DNA of 64,000 nucleotides, taken from the NCBI GenBank assembly GCA_951406725.2, contig OX597838.1, positions 28,024,001-28,088,000 on the forward strand. The letters are read 5' to 3'. The stretch's first letter is position 1. Each line of letters opens with the position of its first letter. The notes beneath the pieces are model-generated. The model made no database searches. It was not told the origin of the DNA and saw only the letters and a list, made by a program, of their open reading frames with translations. Positions 12,625-25,383 of this stretch are shown in pieces. This stretch comes from Octopus vulgaris. Lineage: Eukaryota. The position numbers were made by a program, and so were the translations under genes.

Positions 12625-13020
12625 GGATAAAGATATTAAAAAATAAAATAAAAAGGGATTAATTAGCCAAAAAAAACTTCCTTCTGAAAAGTGCAAAAGG
12701 TAACTTTATTTTCTGAAATTTGGCTGTAAATGTTATTCCTATTTTTGTATCTAACCTCATATCAATCTGTCAGGGCCCGAAGGTTATAAACATAGATAAT
12801 AATAATAATAATAGGTTTGTATTTGATTTTCATAGAATTCTTTGTGTTACATTTGTAGTACTTTTCCTCTGATTTTTGCATTATCTTGGAAAATCAGACA
12901 AAAGTTAACCTTGTCTGTCAGTAAGCATTCTCTGTCGGTGTTGTTTAACCCCTGACCCCCCCCCTTTCTTTTAACCTTTTTCTGTATTTTATTTATATAT
13001 AATTGTGTTTTATTATGCAG

Positions 13021-13050
13021 ATAATAAACCTAACTCGGCCTACTGTAAAG
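13021..13050 (+). CDS. Candidate 30-nt symmetric microexon (DNKPNSAYCKG in phase 1)
   Basis: T-rich tract ending TTATGCAG, frame-preserving 30 nt with no stop in phase 1, donor AAG|GTTTGG; surrounding sequence is non-repetitive. Confidence 0.35.
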
Positions 13051-14079
13051 GTTTGGCTCTTCTCTGCCTTTTATTCGAGTTGTTAGTCAGTTGTCTGTAC
13101 TTCAAGTATCTGATTGCAGAAATATGCACTGCAATGAATGTTGTTATGAAATTAAAAACTAGGTTTCTTGATAAGATAGATGCAGCTTCTCTGATATGGC
13201 TTTTATAGATCTTGCCAGGCAAGATAACAAAATGAAATGATGATGATGATGATAATTATAATAATAATAACATAGCAAAAACTTTATTATTGTTTTAGCT
13301 GTTCTTGTTGTCATGCAGGTGGAATGCATTTTGTGAAGCTGCTTTGTTAACTTAACTCATTTCAGCCAGAGGCTGTGGCCATGCTGGGGCATTTCCTTTA
13401 AAATCCAAACATTACTGATGTTTCAGAAACTAGCTAGTTTTTGGGGGTGTGGAGGTGTAATGGCTCAGTGGTTAGGGCATCAAACTCGTGGTTGTAGGAT
13501 CTTGGTTTCGATTCCCAGACAGGGCGTTGTGAGTATGTTTGTTAGTTTTGCCCTCCAGCATAATTTGCCAACTGGTGTTGGTTTGTTTATGTCCCCCCCC
13601 CCCCATGACTTAGCAGTTCAGCAAAAGAGATCAATAGAATAAGTACCAAGGTCAGTTAGTGCAGCTAAATCTTTGAATGCAGTACCCCCCACCCCCCTCT
13701 CCAAGCATGGCTGCAGTCTAATGACTGAAACAAGTTAACAATAAATAAAAGATATTCATTTGGTTAACTACGAAATTGGAAGGAAGGAGGGAAGTTGATT
13801 CCGTGAATAGATTAAAATTAATAATTTTTCTCCTAAGTAATTAGATTGCATAATTATTTCTGTGCACTATCTTCAGATACGACCTGTTGATAACATTAAC
13901 CCAACCAAACGTTTGTTTGTGAACTTCAAACTGCCTGTATCTGGGACAATAGCTCTGCTGTTTCCTCAGCATATTCTCACGTATAGGCATGCCAACTCAT
14001 AAGTACACATGCTCACATGCAAACATTGATATGCACACATGCCTACACCCATTCATTTATATATATATATATATATAAC

Positions 14080-14379
14080 ATGATCACGTGACCGACCAGA
14101 CCATCAGACGTTGTTATACATCGCTGGTCACAATGCGTTCGCATTGTTTTAGCCTTCGAATGACGCTACCCTGCTGGCTAAGCGAGCAGGCCAACAGAAG
14201 AAAGAGTGGGAGAAAGAGTGGTGAAAGAGTACAGCAGGGATCACCACCCCCTGCCGGAGCCTCGTGGAGCTTTTTAGGTGTTTTCGCTCAATAAACACAC
14301 ACAACGCCTGGTCTGGGAATCGAAACCGCGATCCTGCGACCGCGAGTCCGCTGCCCTAACCACTAGGCCATTGTGCCTC

Positions 14380-14382
<3 letters not shown>
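14080..14382 (-). mobile_element. SINE family C (tRNA-like head GGAGGCACAATGGCCTAGTGGTTAGGGCAGCGGACTCGCGG)
   Basis: Clear A box TGGCCTAGTGG and B-box-like GGTTTCGATTCCC; same head at 47545, 41320, 34960. Confidence 0.85.
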
Positions 14383-14412
<30 letters not shown>

Positions 14413-14581
14413 CAAATAAGAAAATGGAGAAACAAATTCAGTTTGTTCATCAACTTAGGGATATTATAATGTTAGATTATTTATTCATTTTACATATGAG
14501 AACATCAAAAGCATACAACCAGTATATACCAACAGTATATTGGATAAATGATATCTCGTAGTGGGTTACACCCTTAACCCC

Positions 14582-14626
<45 letters not shown>

Positions 14627-15332
14627 CTGTCCTCACATACTGACATACATACAAGTCTACATACTCATAGACACATATACTTACACACACACACATTGAT
14701 ATGTACACACATAAACGTACACATACATAAGCATACACATTAGTATGTAGACACACACACACACACACACACTGATATGCACATGTGTGTATGTACATTG
14801 TAACCTACATACTAACATACTAGCATACACACATGCTTACACACACTCACACACATTGATATAAGCATACAAATACATGCATACAATTTCACTTTTGTTT
14901 CATCACACACCAGATATGCAGCCAAGAGGGAAAAAAAACAAAAAACCTTTTATCTCGCACATTTTCTTCATTTTTACCACCAATTACCGTAATTAAATCT
15001 AGAATATCAGCGGGATTGCTGTAACATAGTGACACAGATTATTGTTGAGTCATTAGGTTTTAGTTTTTTTTCCCTTCCTTCCTTTTCAAATTCACCGAAT
15101 TTCAAAACAATTGAATGTATTATTTTCAACAAGAGTTAATCACATAAATCATATCGCTTCTTAAATCATTAACCCTCTTAACAATGTGATTTGTTAAATA
15201 GATATGGTCATGTGCCCCACAAAGCAGGGTGAGGTAATTTCTGACGCCTTCTCGTGTCACGCAAACTTTTCATCATTAGCATCATCATCATTTAATATCC
15301 TTGTTCTGTGCTGGTTTATTAACTTCTGTTTT

Positions 15333-16346
15333 CCATTTGATACAGGCCTTAGAAAGTTTTTTTTCTCTTCATCTGATACAGACCGTTTCCCCCATTTGAG
15401 ACAGGCTTTTTCCCCCATTTGATACAGGCCTTTTCCCCCCCCCATTTGATACAGGCCTTTCCCCCCCATTTGATACAGGCCTTTCACCCCCATTTGATAC
15501 AGGCCTTTTCCACCCTTTGATACAGGCCTTTTCCCTCCATTTGATACAGGCCTTCCCCCCCCCCATTTGATACAGGCCTTCCCCCCCCATTTGATACAGG
15601 CCTTTCCCCCCATTTGATACAGGCCTTTCCCCCCCATTTGATACAGGCCTTTTCCCCCCCATTTGATACAGGCCTTTTCCCCCCATTTGATACAGGCCTT
15701 TTCCCCCCATTTGATACAGGCCTTCCCCCATTTGATACAGGCCTTTTCCCCCCATTTGATACAGGCCTTTCCCCCATTTGATACAGGCCTTTCCCCCCAT
15801 TTGATACCCCATTTGATACAGGCCTTTCCCCCCATTTGATACAGGCCTTTCACCCCCATTTGATACAGGCCTTTTCCACCCTTTGATACAGGCCTTTTCC
15901 CTCCATTTGATACAGGCCTTCCCCCATTTGATACAGGCCTTCCCCCATTTGATACAGGCCTTCCCCCCATTTGATACAGGCCTTTCCCCACATTTGATAC
16001 AGGCCTTCCCCATTTGATACAGGCCTTCCCCCATTTGATACAGGCCTTTTCCCCCATTTAATACAGGCCTTTCCCCCCCCATTTGATACAGGCCTTTTCC
16101 CCACCAACAGGCCTTTCCCCCCATTTGATACAGGCCTCCCCATTTGATACAGGCCTTTCCCCCATTTGATACAGGCCTTTTCCCCCATTTGATACAGGCC
16201 TTTTCCCCCATTTGATACAGGCCTTTTCCCCCATTTGATACAGGCCTTTTCCCCCCATTTGATTCAAGCCTTTCCCCCCATTTGATACAAGCCTTTCCCC
16301 CCATCTGATACAGGTCTTTCTGCTTGATCCAAGCCTTTTCCCCCAC
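15333..16346. repeat. ~22-bp minisatellite (CCCCATTTGATACAGGCCTTT)n, about 45 copies
   Basis: Near-invariant core CATTTGATACAGGCC with variable T and C runs; explains the MGGKACIKW-type ORFs. Confidence 0.95.
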
Positions 16347-17039
16347 ATGACACAGGCTTCACTCTAACCACTAGGCCATCCTGATGCATTGTGGAACCAT
16401 GTGGTTGGGAAGCAAGTTTCTTACCACACAGCCAAGCCTGTGCCTATATATAGATGTGTGTGTGTGTATACATTTATGTGTGTATTGGGGCGTGAAGCTG
16501 TATTAGCCTAAGGATGTATAGCAGAAGACACTTGGTCTAAAGTGCCATGCATTGAGACAGAACTGAAAAATGCATGGTTGTGGTGCGAACTTCTTAAGCC
16601 ACACGGCCATACCAGCACCACCTCTGTTGTGTTACTGTTTCAGGTTTCAAATCGATGGAAAAACTGTAAGATTTTCCATGTATTTTAATTAGCTGTTTTG
16701 GTGCATATTCTGGTCATGGTTGTTTGTTCACAACACATTTATAGGCACAGGTGAGGCTCTATGGTAAGAAGTTTTACTTCCCAACCACATGGTTCCAGGC
16801 TCAGTTCCACCATGTGGCACCTTGGGTAAGTGTCTTCTATGAAAGCTTGGACCAACGAATGTCTTATGAATGGGTTTAGCTGATGGAAACTGAAAGGGTC
16901 CCATTGTACATATATAGGGTGCAGTATATAAATTGTCGTCTAAATGATGAAAAGTTTGTGTGCTGTGAAAAGGCATCAGAAATTACCTTGCCCTGCTTTG
17001 TGGGGCACATGACCAAAAATTGTCATCTGTGTGTGTGTG

Positions 17040-17270
17040 TTACTGTTTCCTTTCTTGACATAACATGATAGTTGTAAGCATGTGTCACCGTCACGGTGTC
17101 CTTCATTTCCAGTCTCCCATGGAAACCTATCCTGGCCATGGGGAGATATTTCCTTGCCTGGAGACAGAGGAGAGTTGGTGACAGGAAGGGCATCCAGCTG
17201 TAAAAGACCAGCTTCAACAAATTCTGTCTGACTCTTGCAAGCATAGAAAAGTAGATGCTAAAATGATGAT
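17040..17270 (+). mobile_element. RTE 3'-tail-derived repeat, old copy
   Basis: AGGAAGGGCATCCAGCTGTAAAA ... GCATAGAAAAGTAGATGCTAAAATGATGAT matches 27500-27643. Confidence 0.65.
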
Positions 17271-17667
17271 TATTCTGTCTCCTGTTGTATGCCACATGTT
17301 TTGCTGGCAACCTCTACATGAAAACACTACTGTTTAAATGTAATTAATTATCAATAGGCTTTTTATAGTCTTACAGCTGCAGGAACCATTGTATAATGGT
17401 TGTGAGTAGTCTTTGCTGTTTGATCTGTGAAAGAATGTGACAACTACTCTTGAGAGATCACAGCTGTTAGAAACATTGAGTTAACAAACAGGATTATAAC
17501 GCATAACAGCTGTTGTTGTTATGTTAATGTTATGAAATAGCTAATTAATCCTACTAACCAGTCAATGTAATAACTGTCAATGAAGTTAGTTCAGTTTCTC
17601 ACATGCATAATACATATACTCTGTTTCTACCTGAACATGTAGCGTTTACATTCAAGTAATGAACATG

Positions 17668-17890
17668 GTAAGGTGGTGAGCTGGCTAAGTCTTTAACATG
17701 TGCAACAAAATGCTGGGCTGTGTTTTTCGTTGTTTGCTCTTTATGTTCTTGGTGCAAATACTGTCGAGGTGGACTTTGCCTTTCATCCTGTCGGGGTCAA
17801 TAAAATAAGTCCCAGTCAAGCACTGATGTCAATGTAATTGACTTGTCCTCTCCTTTTAAATTGCTGGGCTTCTGCCAAACTTTGAAATTA
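17668..17890 (+). mobile_element. SINE family B, old copy followed by an (ATT)-rich tract
   Basis: GACTTTGCCTTTCATCCTGTCGGGGTCAATAAAATAAGT core. Confidence 0.7.
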
Positions 17891-18197
17891 TTATTATTAT
17901 TATTTATTTTTATTATTTATTTTTATTTTTATTATTTAATTTTATTATTTTTTAAATTATTTTTTAATTAATTATTATTTTTTATTATTTATTTTTTATT
18001 ATTTATTTTTATTATTTATTATTATTAAAGCAGTGATCTGGCAGAACTGTTAGCACATAAACAAAATTATTTTGTTGCAGAAGCCTTAAATAATTTCTAA
18101 ATATCATGGAACCCATCCTTATATTTTAATAGCAGTCTCCTAACTCACTGATTTCAATCAGATGTTAAATGAAGTAAAAATTATTTTAGAGAAATTT

Positions 18198-18580
18198 AGG
18201 TGCAAATGTGGCTGTGTAGTTAAGGAACTTGCTTTGCAATAATGTGGCTGTGGGTTCAGTTCCACTGCGCAGAGCCTTGGGTTAGGGATAGGGTTCTATT
18301 ATAGCTCCAGACTTGTGAGTGAATTTGGTAGCTGGAAACTATGTGGAAGCCTGCTGGAGTATGTGTGTTTGTATTTGTCCTCTCTACTGACACTTGACAA
18401 CTGGTGTTTGTTTATGTCCCTGTGACTTTGTGGTTCAGTAAAAAGCAATTGATAGAATAAATATGAAACTTATAAGTAAATACTTGGGTTGATCTGTTCC
18501 GTCAAATCTGGGTTGATCTGTTCCATTGATCTGTTCCGTCAAATCCTTCATGGCAGCAGTTCAATAATTAAACAAGTAAA
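18198..18580 (+). mobile_element. SINE family A, old diverged copy
   Basis: GTGGCTGTGTAGTTAAG...GGGTTCAGTTCCACTGCG; degenerate tail. Confidence 0.65.
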
Positions 18581-18666
18581 AAATTTAATATATTTATTGA
18601 TTTAAAGAAGATGAGAAAATAGAGAGATAATTAATAAATAATTATTTATTAATTAGAAAATTTGAC

Positions 18667-18752
18667 TTCTCTAACAGCTGTTTCAATTCCAGACCTTTAG
18701 AAATTAATTAACAAAATTAAAACAATTTAAAAGTCAAATCTCATCAGAGTTA
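18667..18752 (-). ncRNA. Degenerate type I hammerhead-ribozyme motif
   Basis: Minus strand: AACT-CTGATGA-GATTTGACTTTTA...TAAAGGTCTGGAATT-GAAACAGCTGTT-AGAG; core intact, stem I eroded. Confidence 0.45.
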
Positions 18753-19495
18753 GCTAAAGATATATGAATTAGGTGTCCAACAGCAGGTTTTCAAGAAATT
18801 GTGGGAATATTGCCAAGAGGTGCATGCTAGATTTTGGAAAGACATATATGATTGTGGGCCATGGGACATGCTGTGGGGGGATTTGCAGGAGTTTGGGTTC
18901 AATGGGCAACTTCTGCTTGCTGTGAAGTCCCTATATGAATACCCAAATTAGATCAGGTTATGAATTATTAATTTATGTTCTTTGAAGTTAATTTTTAGCC
19001 ATCATTTTCTCTTTTTTTAAATTTTTAATCGCAGTGAAAACAAAGAAATTTGTTTCGTCACATTTATTGATTTAATTACTTCAAGTGTATTGACATCATT
19101 TTGATTTTTTGACAAAACCACTTTCATCTCATCAGCATCTTCATCATCCCTCTTTCATGACTGGGAGTGAATTTACTCGATTTATCTAAATTCCATCCTA
19201 AATATTTTCAGAGATTGCAGTCAAACTATAGATGGATTTTGCAGGTATGGCTTTTCCTTCTGGTTATCAATGATTCAATTCTTTAATGCCTTCATATTAT
19301 GAGAGAGGAATATATTGCTTCTGTCACTAGCTCAAGGCTACAAACTTGGGAGCAAAGGGATGAGGGAACCATCAGTTATGTTGACATCCCCTGGACACTA
19401 CACTGATACTGATATTACTACAACTTTCACACGAAAGACTGGAAGGCAGGGTCAGTAGGGTCAAACTTGGTGTTATTTGAACTCAGAGATGTAGA

Positions 19496-19750
19496 ATCAT
19501 CATCATCATCATCATTGTTTAGCGTCCGCTTTCCATGCTAGTATGGGTTGGACGGTTCAACTGGGGTCTGGGAAGCCAGAAGGCTGCATCAGTCTGATCT
19601 GGCAATGTTTCTACGGCTGGATGCCCTTCCTAACACCAACCACTCCGTGAGTGTAGTGGGTGCTTTTTACATGCCACCGGCACAGGTGCCAGACGAGGCT
19701 GGCAAACGGCCACGATCGGATGGTGCTTTTTACGTGCCACCGGCACGAAA
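19496..19750 (-). mobile_element. RTE LINE 3' terminus with (GAT)n tail
   Basis: Reverse complement of 27400-27643. Confidence 0.85.
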
Positions 19751-20139
19751 CAGTTAAATGCTGCAAGGGATTTGACTTGTTGCTCCACTGATTCTGCCAA
19801 ACTGTTACCATTCTCTTAATCCACAGCACTCTGCTAGTAGAACATTGATGATATCTTATGCCTGTTACCAATTTTAGCATAGAGAAAAGTTGTTGCTTAT
19901 CCTCAAACAAAACACGATCAAGTAAAACTATGATCAGACATTCCCGTCATTTTAGAGTCATCTAAGACTACATTGTCTAATGTGTCTCCAGCATTTATGA
20001 TAGCAGGATATGATTTGATGGAAGATCTGGTTGTTATTTCTAGCATGTCAAGCTACTATGAAAAAAAGTTTGTTGAGGTAGCAATGTTGCCAAATGAAAT
20101 AAGATGTTATTCTGTTAGCTTAACAACTTTCTTGTTCAG

Positions 20140-20214
20140 ATCCACTGCTGGTTTTTCAATGCACATTTGGGCAGGACTCGTAATTCTGCTGACCTCACTT
20201 GTTCTAGCTCTCAG
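20140..20214 (+). CDS. Candidate 75-nt exon, possibly encoding a signal peptide (MHIWAGLVILLTSLVLAL)
   Basis: Branch-like CTTAAC, CTTTCTTGTTCAG acceptor, CAG|GTAATG donor; hydrophobic peptide from ATG at 20159. Confidence 0.4.
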
Positions 20215-21889
20215 GTAATGCAACTTGCAATAGGATCATCATTCCCTACTCACAGACCAATTCAAATCTTGTCTCCTTAATACCTGGAAGTTAGAGCCAA
20301 GTATCCACCAGAAAAATTGTCAACATTTTAAACCTTTTTAATATTAACCCACTTGAAGCTGCTTCTCATTCTGTGACACAAAAACACACCTTTTCTATTA
20401 TAAAGGATTTTAATTCAAATCTTTCATGAAAATTTTATATAAGAAACCTTTTTTTGTTTTAAACACACACTAGTTTGGTGATGAAAACATTTGAAGGACT
20501 TAACTGACTAAATCATTTCAAATTCTTGATTATTTTCAAAACTGATCAAAAGATGTAGATAAAAGCATTTCCTTCGACTGGATTAACAATATATAAGTCC
20601 AGTGGAGAGAAGAGTTTGTTAGAAATTCATTATGAGATGATGAAAAAGTTCCCGTTCTCCTCTTCATAAGCCTTGGTAAGCAATAGATAAGATAGGGGAT
20701 TCAAGCTTGGTCAGCGGGGTCAGTTGTTTTTCTTTTTTTTGTTTCAAATTAGTGCTTATGGGGTGTACGATGATTTTATATTACGAAACCTTAGCATTTA
20801 ATTCTCTTATATATATATATGTTGGGCATTAAAGAGTTGAAAACAACAAACAACCAAACTTGTGGCCAGCTGGCATTTACTGAAATTTGCTTTGTGCGAA
20901 TGTTTTTTTTAATATAGATATTTTATTTAAGTTTTGAAAGATTGATTGTTGTTGTTATAAAAAAAAAATTGTTTCACTTCTGTGACTTGTTGTTATTTAT
21001 CTAATCTGTAACGATATTTTATTTCATATAATAATACTAATAATAATAATAATTAATCATGCATGAAGCTTGGGTGAAGAAGTCATTTCAGGCGCAGTCC
21101 CTGGTACAGTGTTTGTATTATTTGACACAGCGGTTGTTACCTTTACGTAAACAAACAACCAGGTAGTTTTAAAAAGAGCCAGTAAATTGCTTACATTTGA
21201 TGATGATGATTTAGCTAGATATATATATAGACGTAGGCATACTTTTAAATATGCTTGCAATTTAAGTGGGAGGAAGAAAAACTTCCATAAAATGTTCACA
21301 TTTCAGTTTTCCACTATTTTTAACCCTTTTTATGTCAATTTACCTGAGATTATCACAGGTTTTATAAAGCAAGACATCTAATTATAAAGTGTTTATATTC
21401 AAGGAAAAACCCTCCTTAGTAATTTTATGTAAGAATCCTCTTTTTAAAAGCATTGACACCTGTCTAAATGCAAGAGGAGACTTTGTTGATAGATACCTTC
21501 ATTCTGACAAATATATACTGCCTATTGGAAGATTCTGCCTGTTCCATTGGCAGTACTCACTCTGGTAAAATATGATTGTATATTCAGTCTAAATACTCCT
21601 TTGGCTAGGATGAATCAGCAGAGTCAGTAGAGCCTTGAATACCAATGTTTTCTACCCATTTGTTCTGATTACCTGGTGCTGAGTCCATATTCTGACATCT
21701 ACTTTGCGTTTTATTGTTTTGGGGTGGATGAAAAAAAAAAGTATCAATCTAGGGAAGGGATATGGTAGAACTGTGAGAACATTGCACCAGATTCCTTGCA
21801 GTGTTTGTTCCAGTTCCTTGCATTCGAAGTTTGAATCCTGTCCTGCCTTACATGGGTTGACTTAATCAAGCATCTAATCATGTAATAAA

Positions 21890-22108
21890 TATTCTTTTCT
21901 ACTCTAGGCACCAGGCCCGAAATTTTGGGGGAAAGGGCCAGTCGATTAGATCGACCCTTGTACGCAACTGGTACTTAATTTATTGACCTTAAAAGGATGA
22001 AAGGCAAAGTTGACCATGGCAGAATTTGAACTCAGTATGTGAAGACAGGCGAAATATCGCTAAGCAATTAACCCAGCATGCTAACGTTTCTGCCAGCTTG
22101 CCGCCTTA
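21890..22108 (-). mobile_element. SINE family B
   Basis: Reverse complement of the family B head and core; flanked by ATGTAATAAATAT duplicates. Confidence 0.8.
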
Positions 22109-22467
22109 TGTAATAAATATAAAATGATATACAATATAAATTTTAAATTAAAGAAAAAGAGAAAAGATTTAGGGTTACCAGATTCGACAGGAGTTTGAGC
22201 CCAAACCCTCCATGACTCTACCCTTCTATCACTATGTTTTGGTTCATTTGAAGGTACCTAGGTTTATCAGCAAAATTGCAGTGTGGTTTTGTTGATTTTC
22301 TTTCGAGTACTCCAAGCATGCTAGTCAACATTTTGCATGCTTATGATTCCATTAAAGTCCCTTCCACAAAAATTTCACTGATAAACTCACGAGAGACTCG
22401 TAAGTGACTTTGCAGTATATCTTTTTTATTGCTTCAGTGTTACTCAGCCACACTATCATGAACCCCC

Positions 22468-22755
22468 TTGAAGGCGTGTGGCCGAGTGGTTTGGACATTC
22501 GGTTCACAATCGTAAAGCCACGAGTCTGATACCTGGTGACACATTGTGACCTTGAGCAAGACACTTTATTTCACGTTCCTCCAGCCAACTCAGCTGGCAA
22601 AAATTTGTGCCTGTATTTCAAAGGGCCAGCCGTTTCACATTGTGTGTTAGGCTGAATCTCCCTGAGAACTACGTTAAGGGTATACATGTCTGTGGAGTAC
22701 TCAACCACTGTTTTGTTGATTGGATCAACTGGAACCCTCGTCATAACTGAGTGCC
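22468..22755 (+). mobile_element. SINE family C-related
   Basis: tRNA-like head GGCGTGTGGCCGAGTGGTT; 3' part matches 47745-47915. Confidence 0.7.
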
Positions 22756-23271
22756 ACTTTACAGTGAACCCTATGTTGTTTTCCTGCAAAGGAGACTCTT
22801 CATCCCCTCACACTTTATGTAGGGTTTTTTTTTCCTTCTTTTTTGAGGCCTTCTCCCCACATTTCTTTTAAAGCTTTATTTATTTTTATTTTTACTTCTT
22901 GCCCCCCCCCCCATCAGAAACTCAGTTATTTACTTGTTTTATTGATCTCTTTTGCCAAACCTCTAAGTTACATGGATGTAAACAAACCCCAAACCAGTTG
23001 TCAAGCAGTGCTGGTGGTGGAACACACACACACACACACACAACAAGCTTCTTTTAGTTTCCATCAACCCAATTCATTCACAAGGCATTGGCCAGCCTAG
23101 GGCTACAGTGCTAGAAGACATTTGCCCAAGGTGTGCTGTGCAGTGGGACTGAACCTGAAACCACATGTTTGCTTGCAAAGCAGCCTTCTTAACCTCTACA
23201 GCTTTTCCTAAACCAAAAATTTATCTTAACCCTATCTACAACATACAACACATTTCAATTATGTCTTTCTT

Positions 23272-23914
<643 letters not shown>

Positions 23915-24197
23915 CAGTATTAAGAAATAATCTAGGTTATAAACTTGCTTTATTTGCGTCCTCCACCCCTTGCACCCACCCCCGACTCTCAAACTGATTT
24001 TCTGCTTAAAAGTTTCTCTACTATAAGAGTTGTGGGTGTTTGCCTCTTGTAAACTCTTTAGTTTTATGTTTTCATTTTTTATTTTTTGTTTTCATTTTTT
24101 TTTTAGTTTCGGGTTTTATTTTGTTTTATTTTTGTTTTTGTTTTTATTTTAATCATTTTGATACTAGTTTTACTAACAGACACCATTTTTCTCATTC

Positions 24198-24673
24198 ATG
24201 TGCACATACATCTATACACACACATGCGCATGTATATACATACACACACACATACGTGTATATACATACATATATGTGCATATACACGTATGTGCATATA
24301 CATACATATACGTACATATACACATATATATGTACACATGCACACACATATGTACGTGCACATACACACACATACATGCATATACACACACACATACATG
24401 CATATACACACATATATATACGTGCATATACACACATACTTGCATATACATATACACATATATGTGCATATACATACACATATATGTATGTGCACATACA
24501 CACACATACATGCATATACACACATCCATGCATATACACACGTGCATATATGCACATACTTGCATACACATATACACACATGTGCGTACATACACATATA
24601 TGTGCATATACACACATATGTGCATATACACACACATCTGCATATATACACACATGTGCATATATATATACAC
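24198..24673. repeat. Alternating purine-pyrimidine (CA/TA) low-complexity tract
   Basis: Directly visible; resumes at 27644-27740 after the RTE insertion. Confidence 0.9.
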
Positions 24674-25383
24674 AGGTGCAGCAATGTCAAAGGAAGGCTA
24701 ACTAGGAAAATAGTTTTTGTCTGTGGCAGATGCTCAGGAGCAATAAACACTGGAAATGTGCAGAGACCAACTTCTACCACGTTCCAGGGAGACAAACTAG
24801 AAGTAGTTGATAGCTTCCGCTACCTAGGAGACCAAGTCAGTAGCGGGGGTGGGTGTGATGAAAGTGTAACTGCTAGAGTAAGAATAGCTTGGGCAAAGTT
24901 TAGAGAGCTCTTACCCCTGCTGGTGACAAAAGGCCTCTCGCTCAGAGTAAAAGCCAGACTGTATGATGCATGTGTACGTACAGCCATGCTACATGGTAGT
25001 GAAACATGGGCCGTGACTGCTGAGGATATGCGTAAGCTTGCAAGAAATGAAGCCAGTATGCTCCGATGGATGTGTAATGTCAGTGTTCATAATCGTCAGA
25101 GTGTAAGTACCTTGAGAAAAAGTTGAACCTAAGAAGCGTCAATTGTGGTGTGCAAGAGAGACGGCTGCGCTGGTATGGTCATGTGACGAGAATGGCTGTA
25201 GATAGTTGTGTGCAAAAGTGCTACACCCTAGCAGTTGAGGGAACCTGTGGAAGAGGTAGACCCAGGAAAACCTGGGACGAGGTGGTGAAGCATGACCTTC
25301 GAACTTTAGGTCTCACCAAGGAAATGACTAGAGACCGAGACCTATGGAAGTATGCTGTGCGTGAGAAGACCCGGCAAGAGTAG
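24673..25383 (+). pseudogene. RTE-clade reverse transcriptase C-terminal fragment, one frameshift near 25120
   Basis: LEVVDSFRYLGD, ARVRIAWAKFREL, LYDACVRTAMLHGSETW, RRLRWYGHVTRM, GRGRPRKTW, RDLWK are hallmark RTE motifs; Cys-rich FVCGRC segment upstream. Confidence 0.92.

Noticed and set aside
15333-16346. CRISPR-like array or repetitive protein (MGGKACIKW...)
   Set aside because: There are no unique spacers, only homopolymer length variation, and no cas genes. The frames are open only because the unit lacks stops on that strand.
17365-17515. Several ACAGCTG motifs resembling the hammerhead stem III
   Set aside because: No CTGANGA core or clear arms.
19045-19140. Minus-strand CTGATGAG...CGAAAC
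   Set aside because: The intervening sequence does not form stem II and no stem I partner exists.
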